DNA of 63,766 nucleotides, filler included, from Stramenopiles sp. TOSAG23-6 (taxonomy: Eukaryota), in NCBI GenBank assembly GCA_900128565.1. It is 13 parts of 13 records of this genome, joined end to end, with 100 filler letters (N's around TTAATTAATTAA, not from the genome) between each part and the next. Parts side by side here need not be neighbours in the genome. Positions count along the whole stretch, not along the records: positions 58,981 to 63,766 come from LT637056.1; 12 more parts are not named here. One strand, given 5' to 3'. The notes under the pieces were generated by a model. The model saw only the letters and a program-made list of their open reading frames with translations. It was not told where the DNA came from and did no database searches. Shown here in pieces: positions 58,981-63,766 of the stretch. How positions within the stretch are numbered: the first letter of the stretch is position 1; each line of letters begins with the position of its first letter. Position numbers and translations under genes: made by a program.

Positions 58981-60368
58981 CCAATTGTACCAACCTGCCC
59001 AAGAATAATCCTATATTGTGAAGGGAAAAAAAAAATTGAAAATAAATAATCTGGATAAAATTGTCAACCCAAAAAAAAATGTAAAAAAGAAATGTAAAAA
59101 AAACAAAANAAAAAAAAAAAAATGTAAAAAAAAAATGTAAAAAAATCAAATGTAAAAAAAAAATGTAAAAAAATTGTACAATTGTTTTGTTAGGTACAAA
59201 ATTTCGTATGAAAAAAAAAATGAAAAAAACGTACATCCTTCAAGGGAGTCTTTTTTTGTAGTACATTTTTTGCATTTTTTGCATTTTTTACATTGTTATT
59301 ACAAAAATTTGCAATTTTTCGTTTTGCCAACATTCGTAATAAAATAATGAAATGTTGAAAAATATTTTAANCTTTGAAAGTACAAGTAAGTTTTCAAGAA
59401 AAACAAAAACACAAATTTAAAAAAAAAAAAAAATTAAATTGTTAGGTACACCTTTTCGTATGAAAAAAAAAAAATTCAATTTAAAAATTTAAAAAAAAAA
59501 AATTAAATTTTAAATTGTTAGGTACAACTTTTCGTATGNAAAAAAAAAANAAANTTTNAAATNAATGATGAAAAAACTCACATTGTATCTAAAGAAAAAA
59601 TTGACTCCAAATTTGTCATTCGTTCCAATTCTTTATGACTTAATTTCTTGAAATATTGTGTTTGAAGCAGTTTTGTCGGTGTAGTATTATCTTGTACCAT
59701 TTTTTCATACTTGAACTCATTATTTTCATCTATATCGTTTGGTATTTTTGGTATTTTTGATACAACATCGTTAGGGTTAGGGTTTTCTGTAGGACAATTA
59801 TCTACTTGATCTAATGCTTTAATAGCATGTATTGTGAAAAATATTTTTTTTTTTTGATTTTTTTTGTTAGGTACAAAATTTCGTACGAAAAAAAATTAAA
59901 TTCAAAATTGAAAAAAAATAAAACGTATATCTTCCCTAGACACTTTAGCATTTGCCATTACGGCTTCGATTTCTTTGTTACTATGCTTAGTTTCATGCAT
60001 TTTGGAAAAATATTTCAAAAAAAAAAAAATCTAAATTTTTTTGTTTGGTACAAAATTTCATACGAAACCAAAAAAAAAAAAAAATGATAAAAATTGAAAA
60101 CGTACATGTAATTCATACTTGCATAATATAGCTGATGGGCGTAATCTATATCGCCGATCATCATTATTATCATTATTATCATTATTATTTGTATTCTTTG
60201 TTAATTTATAATGAGAATGATTTTTGTACGATCGGAGACATAATAAAACACTTTCGGAGATATTAAAACATTTTATCTCCCTATCACAAAGAAACTTTTG
60301 TATTTTGTTTTCTTTTTGTATTGAACAATTATTATTATTATTTGTACTATTATTATTATTATTTGTAC

Positions 60369-60406
<38 letters not shown>

Positions 60407-62151
60407 GCAGTAGTAGTAGTAGTAGTATCATTATGATCAAAAAGTGAATGATCAGATGACGTTTTCATCACGGAACACATCCAATGAAAAAAAAATGGAG
60501 AATTTCTAAAAGTGATCAATTCTAACATGTCTAGTTTATCTTCATATTCACTTATTTTTGTACTAAAACTTGAATTTTGTTTAGGAATATTTCTAACGTT
60601 TTGATCATTATTACTATTATTATTATTATCAGAAATATCATCATCAGAAATATCATTATCAGAAATATCATTATCAACATCAACAACATTATCAACATCA
60701 ACAACATTATCATAAACAACATCATTATCAACATCAACAACAACATTATCATCAACAACATCATTATCAACATCAACAACATCACTATCAACATCAACAT
60801 CATCATCATCAGAAATATCATCATCAACAACAATATCAAAATTATCAATCTGGGTATTATTTAAAAGCATATTTAAATGTTGTATTAAAACACCAACCAA
60901 ATGCCTACTGATTTTGCCTGACAAAATACCAGCATGTAATTGAGAAATAGAAGGGAAATTGTGACGCCCTACACAATGCGAACCACATACGTCATGATAA
61001 CTCACAGCGTAACCATTGCGTATCGGACCTTTTAATATATTTTGTACAAAAGAATATGCTTTGCGTATTTGAAATATTGGAAAATGCAAACGCTCATTAG
61101 TTTGGATAGTTCGTTTTTTCTGTACGTCTTTTCGAAGTTTCGTCACAAATGAACCAAAGTTATCTAATTCGTTTTTTGTACACTCAAATTCCTTCAATGT
61201 GTATGATCTATTATCAGACAATGGAGAAACAACTGTTGCATCGGTATACTGTAAACAACCTTTTAACCGTTTTATTTCTATTGCAATTGTTTCCAATTTT
61301 TCTTTTTTACTCAAAAGGCGTTGACGTTTTAATTCTATGGATTTAGATAATGATTCAATAGCATTACGTCTACGAGTAATCATAGGTATATACTGTGAAT
61401 CAATAAGAGATTTGGTTGACTTGTCTCTCTGTTTCGAGTTATTGCTCAAGTCTTTTTTAGACATGACACAAAAAGTATAGAAATAATAATGACTATTAAA
61501 ATATGCTTGTATTCCTATTTATAGCTCACGAAAAAATATACTCAATCTAACAACATATTGGGAGTACAATGATGCAAAATATATTTAACATATACATTTC
61601 CCCCAATAACGACGTATAATACATAAGTTATACTTCTATTTTTTGTTTCTGGTTTGTTGAATAATCACACGCACTCACTTCCCTCACTTCACTTCGACTT
61701 CTTTGTACGTTTTTTTAACAGAACACGAAATCGAAATCCCAAATTCCCAATGAACAGAAAAAAAAGCATTTTTAAATTATGAATACTACAACATTAATTA
61801 TGTAACAACAAATCTAAATCTCAGAAAGCATAGAAATATATATTGAACACTACTCGCCTTACTACAGAACATGCTTGAAAGCAGAATAATATGTATTTGA
61901 CGTTTAAAAAAAGTAGCCGACACAGTTTTCGAATTTAAATTTGATTTTCGAAATTGTTTTGGAGAAATTTCAAAGAAGTTTGCATAAAAACCCGTAGTTT
62001 GGTTAGTCAATCAATTTGTTGCACACTCATAAATATGCAAATTCCTAGGATAATGCTTTTGTTAAGAAGGCATTCGGTAGAGTATTCATAGACCATGTAA
62101 GAAAAAAGGACAAACTATAATCTATAATTAAGTCTATAATATAAGTAGTAG

Positions 62152-62186
<35 letters not shown>

Positions 62187-63766
62187 TTTTTTTTTTTTTT
62201 GAAATTTTTTTTTTTTGTTAGGTACAAATTTTCCTAAAAAAAAAAAAAAAAAATATTTTCAAAAAAAATAATGAAAAAAACGTACACACTTATATCCAAT
62301 AATTGAGTATGAATTCTACACGAAAAACCATGTTTTTCTTTTTCTTCATGTTTTGACTTGTTTTGACAAAAACCAGAATCTTCTTGTACATGGTTAGGGT
62401 TAGGGTTTTTATTCTGTATTATATTTTGACTTTTGTATGAAATTACATTTTTTTTTTCTCTACCAAATTTCGTACCGAATGAATTTCGAATTTGTTGATT
62501 AGGGTTAGGGTTATCTTTTGATTCGGAAGAACTCGAAACGTCTTCAGATTCTTCTGCGGTAGCAAACTCTCCATCAGATGATGAAGTAGATGATACACTA
62601 TTTATGTTTGGCGGAAAATTGGATGATGACAAAATATTTTCATTTTTTTCAAAATTTTCAAAATTTTTTACATTTTTTGAATTTTCAAAATTTTCAAAAT
62701 TATCTATTTTTTTTATTTTTGGCCAGAGAAATCGTTTTATATCAAACCAGGCATCTGCATTCCATTCAAAATGTATTTGTTATACGTAGTCAAAACATAT
62801 TTATACAGTTTCATTTTTTTTGGTTAGGTACGGAAAAAACATACAATTCAATTAAGAGTGGGAACACTTTTGGTACAATATTTCGTACGAAACAAAATTT
62901 TTTTTCATTTGAAATTAAAATTAAAAATAAAATTAAAAATGAATGTTAAAAACATACTCACATCTATGTCTATATTAGGAATATCATTTGATTCNGAATA
63001 TGTAATTTTTATACATTTCTGTTTTGTTTTATCTACAGTATTTATAAATGTTTCTTGAGAAAAATCATTATTTGAAGAGTGTATTGAATGTATTGAATTT
63101 TGAGAAAAATCATTATTTGAAGAATGTATTGAATTTGATGAATTTTGAGAAAAATCATTATTTGAAGAATGTATTGAATTTGTTGAATGTTTTTTACATT
63201 GTATTAAATACTTGAAATCATTCATAGCTAAATTATTTTTTAATGAAATATTTGAAACCTCAAGCAATATATTCAATTTTTTTGATGGATCTTTTCTACA
63301 TTCAATTATTGTTTTTTTCAAATTCAAAGATATATTTACTTTTATATTCGATGTAGGGTTAGGGTTAGGGTGAATATCCGATAAAAATAAGATATCGATT
63401 GATTCTACACTTCCTCGTATTTTTGTTCCTATATGTAATGAAATACTATTTTTTGAATGTTTTAAATTTTTTGAATTTTTTGAATTTTTTAAATTTTTTG
63501 AATCAAATTCAATATTTTGTCTTCTTGTTTGATTTGATGTTTTGATCCAATTTTGAAGAATTTGATACTCATTTTCATATAATTTCATACAAATCGTAGA
63601 AACACGAAATCCTACTTCAATGTCTGAAAGTGTACGCATTTTTTTTTGTATTGTTGATTTCACATTTAATTGTAATGAAAAAGGCTGAACAAATGATGGT
63701 ATACTACTATCTCTCTTTTCCTCAAATCCTATATGTATTTTGAGAAAATATTTCAAAAAAAAAATT
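58981..63766. repeat. Near-identical duplicate of contig 39387-44191
   Basis: Same ends and shared Ns; visible differences cluster at about 62796-62960. Confidence 0.95.

Noticed and set aside
58981-63766. True segmental duplication
   Set aside because: Identical contig ends and shared Ns point to redundant or haplotype assembly
1-63766. Alternative genetic code
   Set aside because: Long ORFs translate cleanly in the standard code and end in TAA, TAG or TGA; most interruptions are explained by introns

Overview
Eukaryotic, AT-rich DNA from a flagellated protist (CFAP57 present; probably a stramenopile, which is inference). The window is 13 concatenated contigs of about 4.8 kb, sorted by length and joined by artificial N44-TTAATTAATTAA-N44 spacers; the last contig duplicates contig 9. 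About 25 genes or gene fragments are recognisable: ion channel, FAD synthase, Snf7, mitochondrial carrier, Serinc, bZIP, R3H/SH3 protein, TFIIS-like, biotin carboxylase, HECT, CWC25, CFAP57, SLX4, SMP-domain protein, HSF and others. The main signal is one repeated, sense-oriented ~90-100 nt intron family (introner-like): AT|GTATGTTTT..(T)n..TTCGTACGAAATTTTGTACCTAAC..TTGAAATATTTTTCCAAAATACAT|exon. I counted 31 complete copies by hand, excluding the duplicate contig. Of these, 27 end in AT, 2 in AG, 1 in AC and 1 in TT; 25 start with GT, 3 with AT, 2 with GA and 1 with GG. Exact removal restores conserved proteins, so these look like non-canonical GT-AT introns with terminal inverted repeats and an AT target-site signature. 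A foldback element whose arms resemble the intron 5' half lies at 14807-14982. No RNA evidence is available here.
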